Below are positions 9,178 to 18,018 of a stretch of 53,219 nucleotides of DNA, piece by piece. Within the stretch, counting starts at the first letter, position 1, and each line of letters starts with the position of its first letter. Both the position numbers and the translations under genes were made by a program. Under the pieces are notes generated by a model. It made no database searches, had not been told where the DNA came from, and saw only the letters and a program-made list of their open reading frames with translations. The stretch is taken from the IMG/VR virus record IMGVR_UViG_3300021591_000002, positions 1 through 53,219 of that record; one strand, 5' to 3'. Source of the stretch: a virus. Taxonomy: Duplodnaviria > Caudoviricetes.

Positions 9178-9304
9178 TCTTCTTCCCCTTGCATGCGCGC
9201 AAGTCTTGCAGCATCTTTAGGGCGGCCTTGTCGCCGCGCTCGCTTTCGTAAATCACGTCAGCTACAATCCGGGGGTCGGGTAGCCTGCGTTCAGTGTCGT
9301 TCAT
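9167..9304 (-). CDS. small hypothetical protein (45 aa, below the ORF track cut-off)
   Basis: GGAGG RBS, then MNDTERRLPDPRIVADVIYESERGDKAALKMLQDLRACKGKKIAY*. Confidence 0.6.
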   Translation of the reverse strand: MNDTERRLPDPRIVADVIYESERGDKAALKMLQDLRACKGKKIAY

Positions 9305-9316
9305 TATATCAGCCTC

Positions 9317-9592
9317 CTACCTGAGCAAATCGTGCAACACGTAGAAATGTGGCGCGAGCATTCGCGCGAAGTACACAAGGCACACCGCGCCGCCTATCGC
9401 CATTCCAATCGCGGCAGCGATGATGAGCGCCATACCCCGAAACGCGGTTACCTCGTCTTCATCATCGATCATCCGCACGCCAGTGCACATTAGCAGGGCA
9501 CACACTACAAGAAGGACGGCGCCCGCAAGCCCGTACAGTAAGCACACGCTCGCGTATTCACGCGTTAAAGTGTGTACGGCTTCTGTTATCAT
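9317..9592 (-). CDS. 2-TM membrane protein
   Basis: Two hydrophobic helices; GGAGG RBS. Confidence 0.65.
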   Translation of the reverse strand: MITEAVHTLTREYASVCLLYGLAGAVLLVVCALLMCTGVRMIDDEDEVTAFRGMALIIAAAIGMAIGGAVCLVYFARMLAPHFYVLHDLLR

Positions 9593-9792
9593 TGCATCAT
9601 CCTCCAGATCACGTAGGCAAGTCCCGTGCCCCAAAAGCACGCGAAGATGAAGAACGCTATCGCCGCGGCGATATCCCTCTCGCGATCCCACGCGTCTTGC
9701 ACGGCGCTTATGACGTTGACCACGCTGCCAAGCAGGTGGAAAAGCGTCATCGAGCCCAGAAAGATTGCAGCCAGGATGTACACGACTGTCAT
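9589..9792 (-). CDS. 2-TM membrane protein
   Basis: Two hydrophobic helices; AAGGAG RBS; ATGA coupling. Confidence 0.65.
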   Translation of the reverse strand: MTVVYILAAIFLGSMTLFHLLGSVVNVISAVQDAWDRERDIAAAIAFFIFACFWGTGLAYVIWRMMQ

Positions 9793-9805
9793 TGCGCATC
9801 TCCTT

Positions 9806-10264
9806 TCATGCCTTGCGCACAATCTCGACAACCTTGTCCAAGTCGGGGCGCGGCGGCGTGATTTTATTGATATACCACCGCATGATATCCGCGATCATTT
9901 CCGCCGCAACGCACGCCTCTTCGCGTGTCTCCGCTACGCCGGACACGCTACTGTGCGCGCTACACCAATTGCCCTCGCTTCTGTATTGCGCGAAGCCCAC
10001 CCACCAGGAAAAGTAGCGCCCTCCGCTATCCTCCTCACAACGTTTGACTGTGGCGCGCACAGCGCCTTCCACACTATCCCACGCCATCTCCTCCCATGCC
10101 AGCTTCCGCTTGGCGTGCCGAGCGCAGGCGCTTTTAGCCCCGCTGAGGGTCTCTGTAACGCCAAGGGAATAGAACTCGTGGCTCCAAGCGTACCGCTCGT
10201 TAGGGCCTATCTGCCTAACTATCTGGTACTCACCGGCCCGCCAGCGATACGGTTTCCAGTCCAT
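9806..10264 (-). CDS. hypothetical early protein (two WxW modules)
   Basis: AAGGAG RBS before MDWKPY; GVTETLSGAK and GVAETREEA motifs. Confidence 0.7.
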   Translation of the reverse strand: MDWKPYRWRAGEYQIVRQIGPNERYAWSHEFYSLGVTETLSGAKSACARHAKRKLAWEEMAWDSVEGAVRATVKRCEEDSGGRYFSWWVGFAQYRSEGNWCSAHSSVSGVAETREEACVAAEMIADIMRWYINKITPPRPDLDKVVEIVRKA

Positions 10265-10265
10265 G

Positions 10266-10652
10266 TCACATCTCCTTGTATAGCGCCAGGGCTTTTTTCG
10301 CGAAGGCTTCAGCACGTTCCTTCGCGCCTTGCTCCGTTTTTGCCGTGCCGCGGCCATCCACTAGGAGATATTTCCTGGTGCGGTTTATCTGCACCTCAAC
10401 GCGCCACACGTAGTAGTGGCTCATGTGGAGAACCTGCATGCAAACATCACCTCGCCTGGCCTCCCACTCGTATGGCTCCCATTCGTGCTCGTCGCCAACG
10501 GCGCGCTCAAGCGCGCGCATAGCCTTGCGCATTCCCCATTCAATATCGCCCGTGTCCAACACCGGAGTGTACCATAGCCATTTGCGACCACCCTCGTGTT
10601 GGACGTGCCCGGCGCGGCACTCCATGCCAATCACTCGCCACCTCGTGGGCAT
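10266..10652 (-). CDS. hypothetical early protein (two WxW modules)
   Basis: RKWLW, PYEWEARRGDVC, GTAKTEQGAK. Confidence 0.7.
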   Translation of the reverse strand: MPTRWRVIGMECRAGHVQHEGGRKWLWYTPVLDTGDIEWGMRKAMRALERAVGDEHEWEPYEWEARRGDVCMQVLHMSHYYVWRVEVQINRTRKYLLVDGRGTAKTEQGAKERAEAFAKKALALYKEM

Positions 10653-10682
10653 TGCTTTTGCTCCTTACGCATCGCTCACACC

Positions 10683-11084
10683 CTACCACTCTGTATGGAC
10701 TGTAACGTCCCAGCCCCATTTCTTCAGCCACGATTGCACATAGGCGCACAAGTTGTGGCAGCTTGGCGCCGCCTCCTCGATTATCACGTCAAAGCGTTGT
10801 GGCGGCGCCTTATCTTCACTCCCGACTGGTTCCAGGGCATAGGCGCCAAGCGTGCCCCAGTTTATCGGCTCGCTTCTAAACGCCTCTGCAATGCGCTTGT
10901 CACCTTTGATCCTCTTTTTGTCGAGCGCATATACAGTGTCTTCTTCCACCTTATCGTACAAGCTTAGCAACACCCAGTTAGCTAAGCTCTCGACGCATTT
11001 GTAATACGCCCACGGCACGTCGTGGTACAACGGGTGGGACTCAATCTCCGCACGCGTCATCAGAAAGGCAGTGTCAACGAGCAT
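10683..11084 (-). CDS. hypothetical protein
   Basis: AGGAG RBS; overlaps the end of the DUF5131 gene. Confidence 0.65.
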   Translation of the reverse strand: MLVDTAFLMTRAEIESHPLYHDVPWAYYKCVESLANWVLLSLYDKVEEDTVYALDKKRIKGDKRIAEAFRSEPINWGTLGAYALEPVGSEDKAPPQRFDVIIEEAAPSCHNLCAYVQSWLKKWGWDVTVHTEW

Positions 11085-11874
11085 TGTGCTCACTCCTATC
11101 CCAAGGGGTTTCCTGGATACGGAGGCCATCTGGGAAGTCCGCAGCGCATTCTGTTACCATGTATGGGTTTTTGCCTTGCCACTCACGGTCGGGGTCGTAC
11201 ATCGGCAACTGCTTGACCCATACAGGAATGCCCAAATCGCGGCAGTCCATCACAACACGGCGCGTCCACCATGTCACGTCCCACTCGTTATCCCCAATAG
11301 ACCTTCCCCACGATTCCTTCGCGCGTGGCCCACTCTGGCAGCCAACGACCACCCAGTCGGGCTTGCCCAAGCCATCGAATGCTGTATATAGCTCGACGAA
11401 AGAAACATCGCCAAGTATTGGCTCAAGCGATATCCACTTATGCTTTGCGTCTATATGCGGTAGGCACTTGAGCGCATACCACAAGTTCGCTTTATCGGTG
11501 GCCGATACGCCAAACCACAAGTTGGGCGGGAACTCAATGCCCTCAAGCGCCAGGGGGCGTTTAGTAAGTGTTAGGAACGTGTGCTGAGAGTGTGCCGCGA
11601 CCTTCCGAAGCATGCGCTTTATATCACCACGCCCAGCGAATGCCCAGTCACCCATGTAATTCAATGCTATAACTTTCGATTTGCGCGGTAACGGCCTAGC
11701 GAATACATCCTCGTGGAACGTCGGCGCAAACGGTTTGCCTTTTGGGTATCCGTAGCGCCCGCGCAAGCGGTAGGCCATGCGCCGCGCCCAGCAAAACTCC
11801 CAGCAGGGCAATCCTCTTACGCAGCCCGTAAACCAGTTCAGGCCCATGTCGCAGTACTCGGCCGGCTTACTCAT
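11074..11874 (-). CDS. DUF5131 (phage Gp37/Gp68, radical-SAM-like) protein
   Basis: N.FTGC.....C...CWA, LTLTKRP, NLWFGVS, WISLEP.LG, DWVVVG..SG, P.WVKQ. Confidence 0.88.
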   Translation of the reverse strand: MSKPAEYCDMGLNWFTGCVRGLPCWEFCWARRMAYRLRGRYGYPKGKPFAPTFHEDVFARPLPRKSKVIALNYMGDWAFAGRGDIKRMLRKVAAHSQHTFLTLTKRPLALEGIEFPPNLWFGVSATDKANLWYALKCLPHIDAKHKWISLEPILGDVSFVELYTAFDGLGKPDWVVVGCQSGPRAKESWGRSIGDNEWDVTWWTRRVVMDCRDLGIPVWVKQLPMYDPDREWQGKNPYMVTECAADFPDGLRIQETPWDRSEHNAR

Positions 11875-12155
11875 TGCCTACGCCCTCCGCCCACCATGGG
11901 AAACAGGATTTCTTTGGCCCTTTCGCAATGGGTCATTATCTGGCCCACAGCCACGATGCAGCGATGTGGCCAGCCTCTTTCACGCCTTTCTATCTCTTCT
12001 GTGGCCCACTTGGCGCACTCTGATATTACATTGAAAAGGTCCTGCAGGCCGCAATCCCCTCCGGTCCCCAAAGCACGATCTTCCTTCCAGGGATAGTTGC
12101 TCTTCTGCACTTTCGACATCTCCGCAATGTTCTCAAGGACGTGGTACTTTTTCAT
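11871..12155 (-). CDS. hypothetical protein
   Basis: GGAGG RBS; ATGA coupling. Confidence 0.6.
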   Translation of the reverse strand: MKKYHVLENIAEMSKVQKSNYPWKEDRALGTGGDCGLQDLFNVISECAKWATEEIERRERGWPHRCIVAVGQIMTHCERAKEILFPMVGGGRRQ

Positions 12156-12370
12156 GACTCCTCCCTTTCTGCTTGCTCTATTGCGCCATAGATGAACACC
12201 TTCCATGCAGCTTGCTCGCGCGTCCTTGCCGTGCCGGAGCGCAAGAAGCGCTTGCTGTCCTCGATGTGCCAATGCCACTCGCCTCGCGGCGGGTCCAAGC
12301 ACCAGATGCTGGCGCGAAGACCACCCGCGAGCCTCAACCTGTGCACCACGTAATCAGCCGGATCGCCCAT
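12152..12370 (-). CDS. hypothetical early protein (single WxW module)
   Basis: WHWHIE...GTARTREQAA. Confidence 0.65.
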   Translation of the reverse strand: MGDPADYVVHRLRLAGGLRASIWCLDPPRGEWHWHIEDSKRFLRSGTARTREQAAWKVFIYGAIEQAEREES

Positions 12371-12379
12371 CGCATTCTC

Positions 12380-12790
12380 CTACCACGCGATTGTGAAGCA
12401 CTTTTTCCCCTTATGCTTCATGAGAAAAGCCAGCACCTCCGTCGGGTCATTGACCTTGTAGCCCGTCTGGTTGGGTTTGGCCAGCGCATCTCGCACCTTT
12501 CCGATAAGCTCGTCGTCAATAACGGGGAAATCCTCTCCAATGGCCTCGCTGACCGCCATGACCGGCGCGGGAATATAGGTGTCATTGTCATCGAGGAGCG
12601 CTGCCTTCAGCCACGATACCTCGCCCACCCACACGGCCGGTGTTTTGGCAAGCTTGCGGTCGATCACATCCCACTCTTCATCCGTGCACGGCGTTCCGAA
12701 GTACTTGCTGCCAATAGTGTTCCCCTCGAAGCGCTTTATGTCATCCTCAGTCACGCCTTCGAGTATGTGAATGTACAGGTCTGCGGCCAT
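12380..12790 (-). CDS. hypothetical protein
   Basis: 136-aa ORF with GGAG RBS. Confidence 0.75.
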   Translation of the reverse strand: MAADLYIHILEGVTEDDIKRFEGNTIGSKYFGTPCTDEEWDVIDRKLAKTPAVWVGEVSWLKAALLDDNDTYIPAPVMAVSEAIGEDFPVIDDELIGKVRDALAKPNQTGYKVNDPTEVLAFLMKHKGKKCFTIAW

Positions 12791-12791
12791 G

Positions 12792-12905
12792 TTAACTCCC
12801 TTTCGATTCTAGTGCTCGTGCTGTCATCCGCCGCACGGCGACCCATAGCGGGGCACCGAAGACGGCGAGCAGGACGGCTAGGTAAAACATGGCCTCACTC
12901 ATCAT
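12792..12905 (-). CDS. small single-TM peptide (37 aa)
   Basis: AAGGAG RBS; MMSEAMFYLAVLLAVFGAPLWVAVRRMTARALESKGS*. Confidence 0.55.
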   Translation of the reverse strand: MMSEAMFYLAVLLAVFGAPLWVAVRRMTARALESKGS

Positions 12906-13101
12906 GCGTCTCCTTATCTGCGCCAATGGCTTCTCGTGCGGGCGCCATTGGCTGAACCTCGACGCGATCAAACAGGGTATTTAGATAGTCGAAAGCGAGG
13001 TGCCTCCGGTGGAGGGGCGCCGCGCATGCAAAATTCAATGTGCTCAGCACCTGCTCTTTGAATCTCTCCCATGTATCGTGGGAAACTACTACTGCTCGCA
13101 T
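12895..13101 (-). CDS. hypothetical protein
   Basis: AGGAGG RBS. Confidence 0.6.
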   Translation of the reverse strand: MRAVVVSHDTWERFKEQVLSTLNFACAAPLHRRHLAFDYLNTLFDRVEVQPMAPAREAIGADKETHDE

Positions 13102-13112
13102 GCTTGGCCTCC

Positions 13113-13442
13113 TTATCTATCTCCATTGTTTCCCGACCCAGGCGTTGTAGGGCTCGTGCCCGCAGTCGGTGGAGCGGGTATGTCCGTGCTCATATCGAGG
13201 GCAAGGTCAAACGCCATAGCCATCAGCGCGGCTGCACAGGCGGCGCCTCGTATAGAACGCGCGGCATATGGCCCTAGAAAAGTGCCTGCCCCCCAGACCT
13301 CCCACGTGGGTTCGCCGCCACAGCGGAGCTTGCCATGGCGGACCTCCGCTACCATGCATCCATACCTGCGCCAGTAGCCACACGGCTTGCCATCCTCGGA
13401 GAGAATCGGTGTCCAGGCCGGTAACTCACTCATCGGTTTCAC
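13113..13442 (-). CDS. hypothetical protein
   Basis: 109-aa ORF in the operon. Confidence 0.55.
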   Translation of the reverse strand: MKPMSELPAWTPILSEDGKPCGYWRRYGCMVAEVRHGKLRCGGEPTWEVWGAGTFLGPYAARSIRGAACAAALMAMAFDLALDMSTDIPAPPTAGTSPTTPGSGNNGDR

Positions 13443-13665
13443 CCTTCAATGCCTTGTCCAACCGAGTGCGTAGCGCCTCAACCGCAACATCGGTTAGCAG
13501 GAGCTGCACCATGTCCTGATGGTCCTTTCGGAAGGCCGTCACGATGACGCTGTAGGCTCCGTCGCTCATCCGATGTGCACACACCGAAGGGGCTCGGACG
13601 TCAAGGTAGTTGAAGACGAAGGTCTCGCCGGCGATTGGGTAGTTGACCCAATGCTGATACCGCAT
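13426..13665 (-). CDS. hypothetical protein
   Basis: AAGGAG RBS; TAATG coupling. Confidence 0.6.
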   Translation of the reverse strand: MRYQHWVNYPIAGETFVFNYLDVRAPSVCAHRMSDGAYSVIVTAFRKDHQDMVQLLLTDVAVEALRTRLDKALKGETDE

Positions 13666-13916
13666 TATTTTGCTCCTTCTCCTTGCGTTAGCATGACGCA
13701 GCGCCTCTCGAATGCGTTTCGCAGGGCAAACTCGAAGATCGGGATGATGGCCTCCCATGCCCTGGCCTCCCCATAGCAACGAGTCTGTTGGCCTTTCTCG
13801 ACCAACCACACTCGCCAACAACTGGCTCCGTGACTACGAGGCTTATCTAGGACATGGTGATCAATCTGGAGCTCGACGCCCTGCCCAATGTATGCTCGCG
13901 CAATTGTCTCTGCCAT
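13665..13916 (-). CDS. hypothetical protein
   Basis: AGGAGG RBS. Confidence 0.6.
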   Translation of the reverse strand: MAETIARAYIGQGVELQIDHHVLDKPRSHGASCWRVWLVEKGQQTRCYGEARAWEAIIPIFEFALRNAFERRCVMLTQGEGAK

Positions 13917-13931
13917 CAGCGTGCTCCTCCT

Positions 13932-14156
13932 TCACTCGTCGTGTGTCTTCTCCTGCTGGGGCAACGGGGTGAATGCCCGTAGTGCGAACTCCAGGATGGC
14001 GCGCGCGAACACCACGCTATCGGCATCTCCGAAGAGGTGGACCGGCACCCCGCGCTCTATCAGACGCACCTTCCATCGATCTCGGTTGCTGACATAGACG
14101 ACCTGCACCTCTTTTGCCTCCCCTACAGGAACCCGTGCACAACAATGGCCAGTCAT
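13932..14156 (-). CDS. hypothetical protein
   Basis: AAGGAG RBS before MTGHCC. Confidence 0.55.
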   Translation of the reverse strand: MTGHCCARVPVGEAKEVQVVYVSNRDRWKVRLIERGVPVHLFGDADSVVFARAILEFALRAFTPLPQQEKTHDE

Positions 14157-14160
14157 CGGC

Positions 14161-14331
14161 TCACTCCTTCCCGTAAAGCTCCCGCCGCAGCCGCCAACAA
14201 GCATCCCGGAACAGGGCCGCGTAGCGGGCAGCCAGCGCCCGGCGGAATGGTGGCAGTCGCCGCAGCCGCAGCGGGTCGCGCTTGCGGGCCAGGTCGGCCA
14301 GCGCGCGAATCTCAAGGTCGCGGCGAGTCAT
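14161..14331 (-). CDS. small basic protein
   Basis: AGGAGG RBS before MTRRDLE. Confidence 0.55.
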   Translation of the reverse strand: MTRRDLEIRALADLARKRDPLRLRRLPPFRRALAARYAALFRDACWRLRRELYGKE

Positions 14332-14597
14332 GATTTCGCCTCCTTGCCAGTTGCGTGGGCAAGGGCCGCCGCCATGTCTGCGGCGCCATCTAGATAGGCT
14401 GCGCAATCGGCATAGCCGGCCGCACGTAGGCGCCTAGCCGCCACACGCAGCTTTCTGATCCTGTCGCAGCGCAGGCTGGCGATTTGCGAGTGGCGAAGCG
14501 CCTCTGCGGTTTGCGCCGCGTCGCGCAACTCCGCGGCCAAACGTTCGCCGCGCGCGGCGATCTCCTCTGCCCACACGTCCAGAATGCCAAAGCTCAT
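14328..14597 (-). CDS. hypothetical helical protein
   Basis: GGAGGT RBS; ATGA coupling. Confidence 0.6.
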   Translation of the reverse strand: MSFGILDVWAEEIAARGERLAAELRDAAQTAEALRHSQIASLRCDRIRKLRVAARRLRAAGYADCAAYLDGAADMAAALAHATGKEAKS

Positions 14598-14839
14598 CGC
14601 TTCACCTCCTTTTCCCGCTCCCGCATCCTTTGTCGCCTCCGAATGGCCGTCCACTGCGCATGCGATATCCGCGAGACGCCGGCCGAGGAGCCGCACAGGC
14701 AGTCGCTCACGAACCACCCGCACTTTGCGCACCGGTATTCCCACCAGGTGCAGTAAGGCGTGCTGCACCTCCCTCCAGCATAGTAGTGGCCATCATCTAC
14801 GTGCTTACCCCATGGGCAAGGCTCGGGGGCGGTCTTCAT
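14594..14839 (-). CDS. Cys-rich small protein
   Basis: Seven Cys including CAKC and CLC. Confidence 0.6.
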   Translation of the reverse strand: MKTAPEPCPWGKHVDDGHYYAGGRCSTPYCTWWEYRCAKCGWFVSDCLCGSSAGVSRISHAQWTAIRRRQRMREREKEVKR

Positions 14840-15090
14840 CTCCAGTTCCTTTCAACCCACGCGTCATATAGCTCATGCCCGCAGCCGGTTGAGTCGGGGT
14901 CGCCGACCGCCCAGCGGTCGTAGGACACGGTGAAGCACCAACCGCAGCTGGCACACTCATACTGGGCATCGTCCAGGTCGTAGTCCTGGAACTCGGCCTC
15001 CCCGTTACACTGTGGGCATGGCCACGTGTCGGGCGCCTCCGGGCCGTCCGGGGGCTCGATGTTGCGTTCAGGGAAAACGTCGGGGCGCAT
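14836..15090 (-). CDS. zinc-ribbon protein
   Basis: CPQC...CASC; AGGAG RBS. Confidence 0.65.
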   Translation of the reverse strand: MRPDVFPERNIEPPDGPEAPDTWPCPQCNGEAEFQDYDLDDAQYECASCGWCFTVSYDRWAVGDPDSTGCGHELYDAWVERNWR

Positions 15091-15314
15091 CACTGATCTC
15101 CTACAGGCACCGACAGGCCCGGTGCCACGTAGTGCACAGATGGTTGCTCGGCGATCCACTGCTCAACCTCCACCAGGCCGTGCTCGCCGACGGCGTTCGA
15201 TGCGATAGCGAGCGTCGCATAGTCATGCTCTCCCTCATCGGGGAGGGGCGGTTCGGGGACGATTTCCGTCCCGCGAACGCGGTACTCATCGGTCAGCTCC
15301 ACCTCGTACAACAT
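15090..15314 (-). CDS. acidic hypothetical protein
   Basis: AGGAG RBS before MLYEVEL. Confidence 0.6.
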   Translation of the reverse strand: MLYEVELTDEYRVRGTEIVPEPPLPDEGEHDYATLAIASNAVGEHGLVEVEQWIAEQPSVHYVAPGLSVPVGDQ

Positions 15315-15324
15315 CGTCAATCTC

Positions 15325-15579
15325 CTACCTGGCGCGTCCGTTGCGGATGACCAGCCCTTCGTACCCGCCTGCGCGGTAGGCAGCGCGGGCGCGCCGCAAC
15401 TCGGTAAGAATCCGGTCATGCCATTTGGCATGCGGGTTGTCTGGTGAAAATGCGACGAACTTGGTGTCGGGTGGGATGCCATCCCATTCGCAGGCGTGCC
15501 GCCAGGCTAGCCGTGCGGCATGGGCTAGCGAGGCGAGATAGCGCCTCCCCTGCTGGTTGATCTTTTCTTGCGTTGTCAT
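15325..15579 (-). CDS. hypothetical protein
   Basis: AGGAGGT RBS. Confidence 0.7.
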   Translation of the reverse strand: MTTQEKINQQGRRYLASLAHAARLAWRHACEWDGIPPDTKFVAFSPDNPHAKWHDRILTELRRARAAYRAGGYEGLVIRNGRAR

Positions 15580-15612
15580 CGCGGGACCTCCTTGCGCTGA
15601 TCGGCTAGTAGT

Positions 15613-15819
15613 TTAGCGCGTCGGTTCTGCCGCGACAAGGGCACGCAACGGGCGCACGCTGTGCGCGAACTCTCGCTCGTCGTCCAGCATGTTTGCTGGA
15701 ATGGCACTCGCCCGGTGGCGCTCCCTGACCCAGCCGAACACGCGCGACCAGTACGCGACCGTCTTGCCGTCGCGCACCGCCTTCAGGTGGTAAAATGGCG
15801 CGGCCACGATGTGACTCAT
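15613..15819 (-). CDS. hypothetical protein
   Basis: AGGAGG RBS; ATGA coupling. Confidence 0.6.
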   Translation of the reverse strand: MSHIVAAPFYHLKAVRDGKTVAYWSRVFGWVRERHRASAIPANMLDDEREFAHSVRPLRALVAAEPTR

Positions 15820-16061
15820 CTGTCCGCCTCCTTAACATACGCGTTGACGGAATTGAGAACGACCTGGAGTTTTCGCTCAAGCCAGTGGGCGAGCCGGATC
15901 ACACAGCGGCGGGTCTCAGCGTCACCGCTCGCGTCCATGTTGAGCGCCAACAGCTCCCTGTTCGCGCCCTGCACAATGCTAGCCAGTGTGCTAAGGCTGT
16001 CGGCCAGCTTGTTTGCCAGCTCCCCGGCCTTGAGTCGAGTAGTTGCTTCATTTTTCATCAC
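15816..16061 (-). CDS. hypothetical coiled-coil protein
   Basis: AGGAGGT RBS. Confidence 0.6.
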   Translation of the reverse strand: MMKNEATTRLKAGELANKLADSLSTLASIVQGANRELLALNMDASGDAETRRCVIRLAHWLERKLQVVLNSVNAYVKEADR

Positions 16062-16368
16062 GCACCTCCTGCTGTGTCATTTCATCATGAACGGCGCGCT
16101 CAAGCTCGCCCTTTCTCGCGCGGCGCCATCCGCCTCTTGGCCCGCCAACGTAGGCGCGCAGGCGTGGCAGTTTGCGTCGCAGGGTGAGCACGATGGCGGC
16201 GGCGCGGCCCGGGCTGCAATCCAGCACAACCGCGCCTCCGTCCAGCTTGCCTTTTTCCGCGTTCACCACGCTACGTATGCGCAGCGGCGAGAGAATCCAT
16301 GTGGCCGTCTGCCGCACCTTTGGGTGCGAAAGGTCCGAAACATTGATTGCGATCTGCGTTGCGCTCAT
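16048..16368 (-). CDS. hypothetical protein
   Basis: GGAGGT RBS; ATGA coupling. Confidence 0.65.
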   Translation of the reverse strand: MSATQIAINVSDLSHPKVRQTATWILSPLRIRSVVNAEKGKLDGGAVVLDCSPGRAAAIVLTLRRKLPRLRAYVGGPRGGWRRARKGELERAVHDEMTQQEVRDEK

Positions 16369-16787
16369 GTCGACACCTCCTCAATAAAGCGCAGCCCGTC
16401 GCACAGCACGGTTCCGTGCGGCGCACAACACTGCGCGAGTCCGGCCTTCTTCGCGTATTCCCGTGCCGAAGATAACTTGCCAGCGCGGATTAATCCAAGC
16501 CATTTATCATGCGCACCTGTGACCGCCCAGCGGAGACTGTATGTTGCCAGAACATGGGTAACGTCATGCACACTTTCAGTCTCGCACTTCCATATTTCAC
16601 ATGACGGTTTAAGACCATCAGCAAATTCTTGCGCTTGCGCCGCATCCGCAAAGGCAAACACGCCGTCCCATTTTTCACGCAACCATTCCCCGTCCACCAT
16701 ATATAGCAGTCCCAGCGGTGGCCGGACTACGGCGGATGACAATACACCTTCCCGCCCCGCGCGTAGGACCTTCCATACGTTTGTCAC
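16365..16787 (-). CDS. hypothetical protein
   Basis: GTG start after GGAGG; somewhat lower GC than its neighbours. Confidence 0.6.
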   Translation of the reverse strand: MTNVWKVLRAGREGVLSSAVVRPPLGLLYMVDGEWLREKWDGVFAFADAAQAQEFADGLKPSCEIWKCETESVHDVTHVLATYSLRWAVTGAHDKWLGLIRAGKLSSAREYAKKAGLAQCCAPHGTVLCDGLRFIEEVST

Positions 16788-17080
16788 GTTTCTTCCTCCT
16801 CTTCTTCGCCATAGAGAAGGCTTTCGCATAGCTCTTCCGCCTCCCCAGTGGACATTTCCAGCAGCCTAGTAAGCCAGTCTGTCAGTATTTCCACCTCGCG
16901 CCAGCCCATTCCGGGGTTCAGGCCATGCGGCCTTATTCCGGCGATCTTGGCATCCTCGTCGTGCCCTGTGAGGTCGGCCAGAATAGCCGTGAAAACCCTG
17001 TCCAGCGACCATTGGTCCCTATTGTAGTTGAGCGCCTCCATGCGCACGTCTTCTGCCAGCTCTTTTACCTTATCGCTCAT
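16784..17080 (-). CDS. acidic hypothetical protein
   Basis: AAGGGG RBS; Glu-run C-terminus. Confidence 0.65.
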   Translation of the reverse strand: MSDKVKELAEDVRMEALNYNRDQWSLDRVFTAILADLTGHDEDAKIAGIRPHGLNPGMGWREVEILTDWLTRLLEMSTGEAEELCESLLYGEEEEEET

Positions 17081-17093
17081 CTTCGTTCCCCTT

Positions 17094-17351
17094 TCACGGC
17101 TTCTCCCCAAGAGTGCCAAGCGCCTTTTGTAGGATGTTCAACACGCACTCGCTGAGATTGTCGGACACGCTCGCTATCTCCCCAGCGGCGTGGCTAACCA
17201 CGGCGTCATGAAGAACGCGCGCAGCACGCGTGAGTCGCAGGGACGTTTCGTTTAGTGTGTCGCACGCAGATGATGTGATGTCAATGACATGGTGGAGCGC
17301 GTCCATGATGGACTCCCACTCGGATTGCTCTAGGATTACTGCGCGTTGCAC
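17094..17351 (-). CDS. hypothetical helical protein
   Basis: GGAGG RBS; GTG start. Confidence 0.6.
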   Translation of the reverse strand: MQRAVILEQSEWESIMDALHHVIDITSSACDTLNETSLRLTRAARVLHDAVVSHAAGEIASVSDNLSECVLNILQKALGTLGEKP

Positions 17352-17353
17352 CT

Positions 17354-17590
17354 TCAGTCCTCCCGTTTAGCAAGCGCTTCTTGAAGCGCACGCAAAAGGT
17401 CGCCTGCCTGTTTGCGCGTCATGGTAATTGACCGCGTGCGCATGTCGGGCATGTCCCACATCACGGTGTATAAGTCTTCCTTCGGTGGTGTGTTGCCATG
17501 TATATACACCGTGATGCGTGGCTTTTCATGTTGGAAGTGCCACGCCATGCGCATGACGTGCTTGCTGTCTAGCTCGATAATCGTCATCAT
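17354..17590 (-). CDS. hypothetical protein
   Basis: AGGAG RBS before MMTIIEL. Confidence 0.6.
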   Translation of the reverse strand: MMTIIELDSKHVMRMAWHFQHEKPRITVYIHGNTPPKEDLYTVMWDMPDMRTRSITMTRKQAGDLLRALQEALAKRED

Positions 17591-17673
17591 GGTCTCCTCA
17601 TCCTGCGCAGCACGAATGCTGCGGCCGCCATGAACGCCAGAAACATGCACGCATTGAATGCGAATTCGCTCAT
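17587..17673 (-). CDS. small single-TM peptide (28 aa)
   Basis: AGGAGG RBS; MSEFAFNACMFLAFMAAAAFVLRRMRRP*; ATGA-coupled at both ends. Confidence 0.55.
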   Translation of the reverse strand: MSEFAFNACMFLAFMAAAAFVLRRMRRP

Positions 17674-18014
17674 TGCGCCTCCTTTCCGAAGGAGATGAAC
17701 CCCGGCACGCCGATGACGCGCCCCTGTTCGTCGCGCACGGCGCGCGCCGTGTCCGGCGCCAAGACATCGGCGCGCGCCGCTTGCTGCGCGACAACGAGCG
17801 AAACTATATAGAACGTTCCCTCTTTAGGTTCTGGCAGTCCTTCCACCTTACCTGGCGCCAATCTGCGTACGGGCACGTCCCCAGGTAACATAGCATGGCC
17901 TGCCGGCTCGAACTCGATCCGCGCTATGTCTCCTGTCGGCGGTATGTTCACCACGCGTTCTCCACCATCCAGCACCAATGTAACCCTATGTGGCGTCAGG
18001 TTGATATACGTCAC
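17670..18014 (-). CDS. conserved phage protein of unknown function (INLTPH...YIVS...VRD..G.VIG family)
   Basis: Motifs INLTPH, PP.G..AR, LPEP.EG..YIVS, D...P, VRD..GRVIG, familiar from phage genomes. Confidence 0.8.
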   Translation of the reverse strand: MTYINLTPHRVTLVLDGGERVVNIPPTGDIARIEFEPAGHAMLPGDVPVRRLAPGKVEGLPEPKEGTFYIVSLVVAQQAARADVLAPDTARAVRDEQGRVIGVPGFISFGKEAQ

Positions 18015-18018
18015 GGCC

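Noticed and set aside
15661-16869. 402-aa plus-strand ORF (also 9626..10522, 2328..3266, 19525..20511)
   Set aside because: Antisense to well-packed minus-strand genes with RBSs; expected shadow ORFs in GC-rich DNA.
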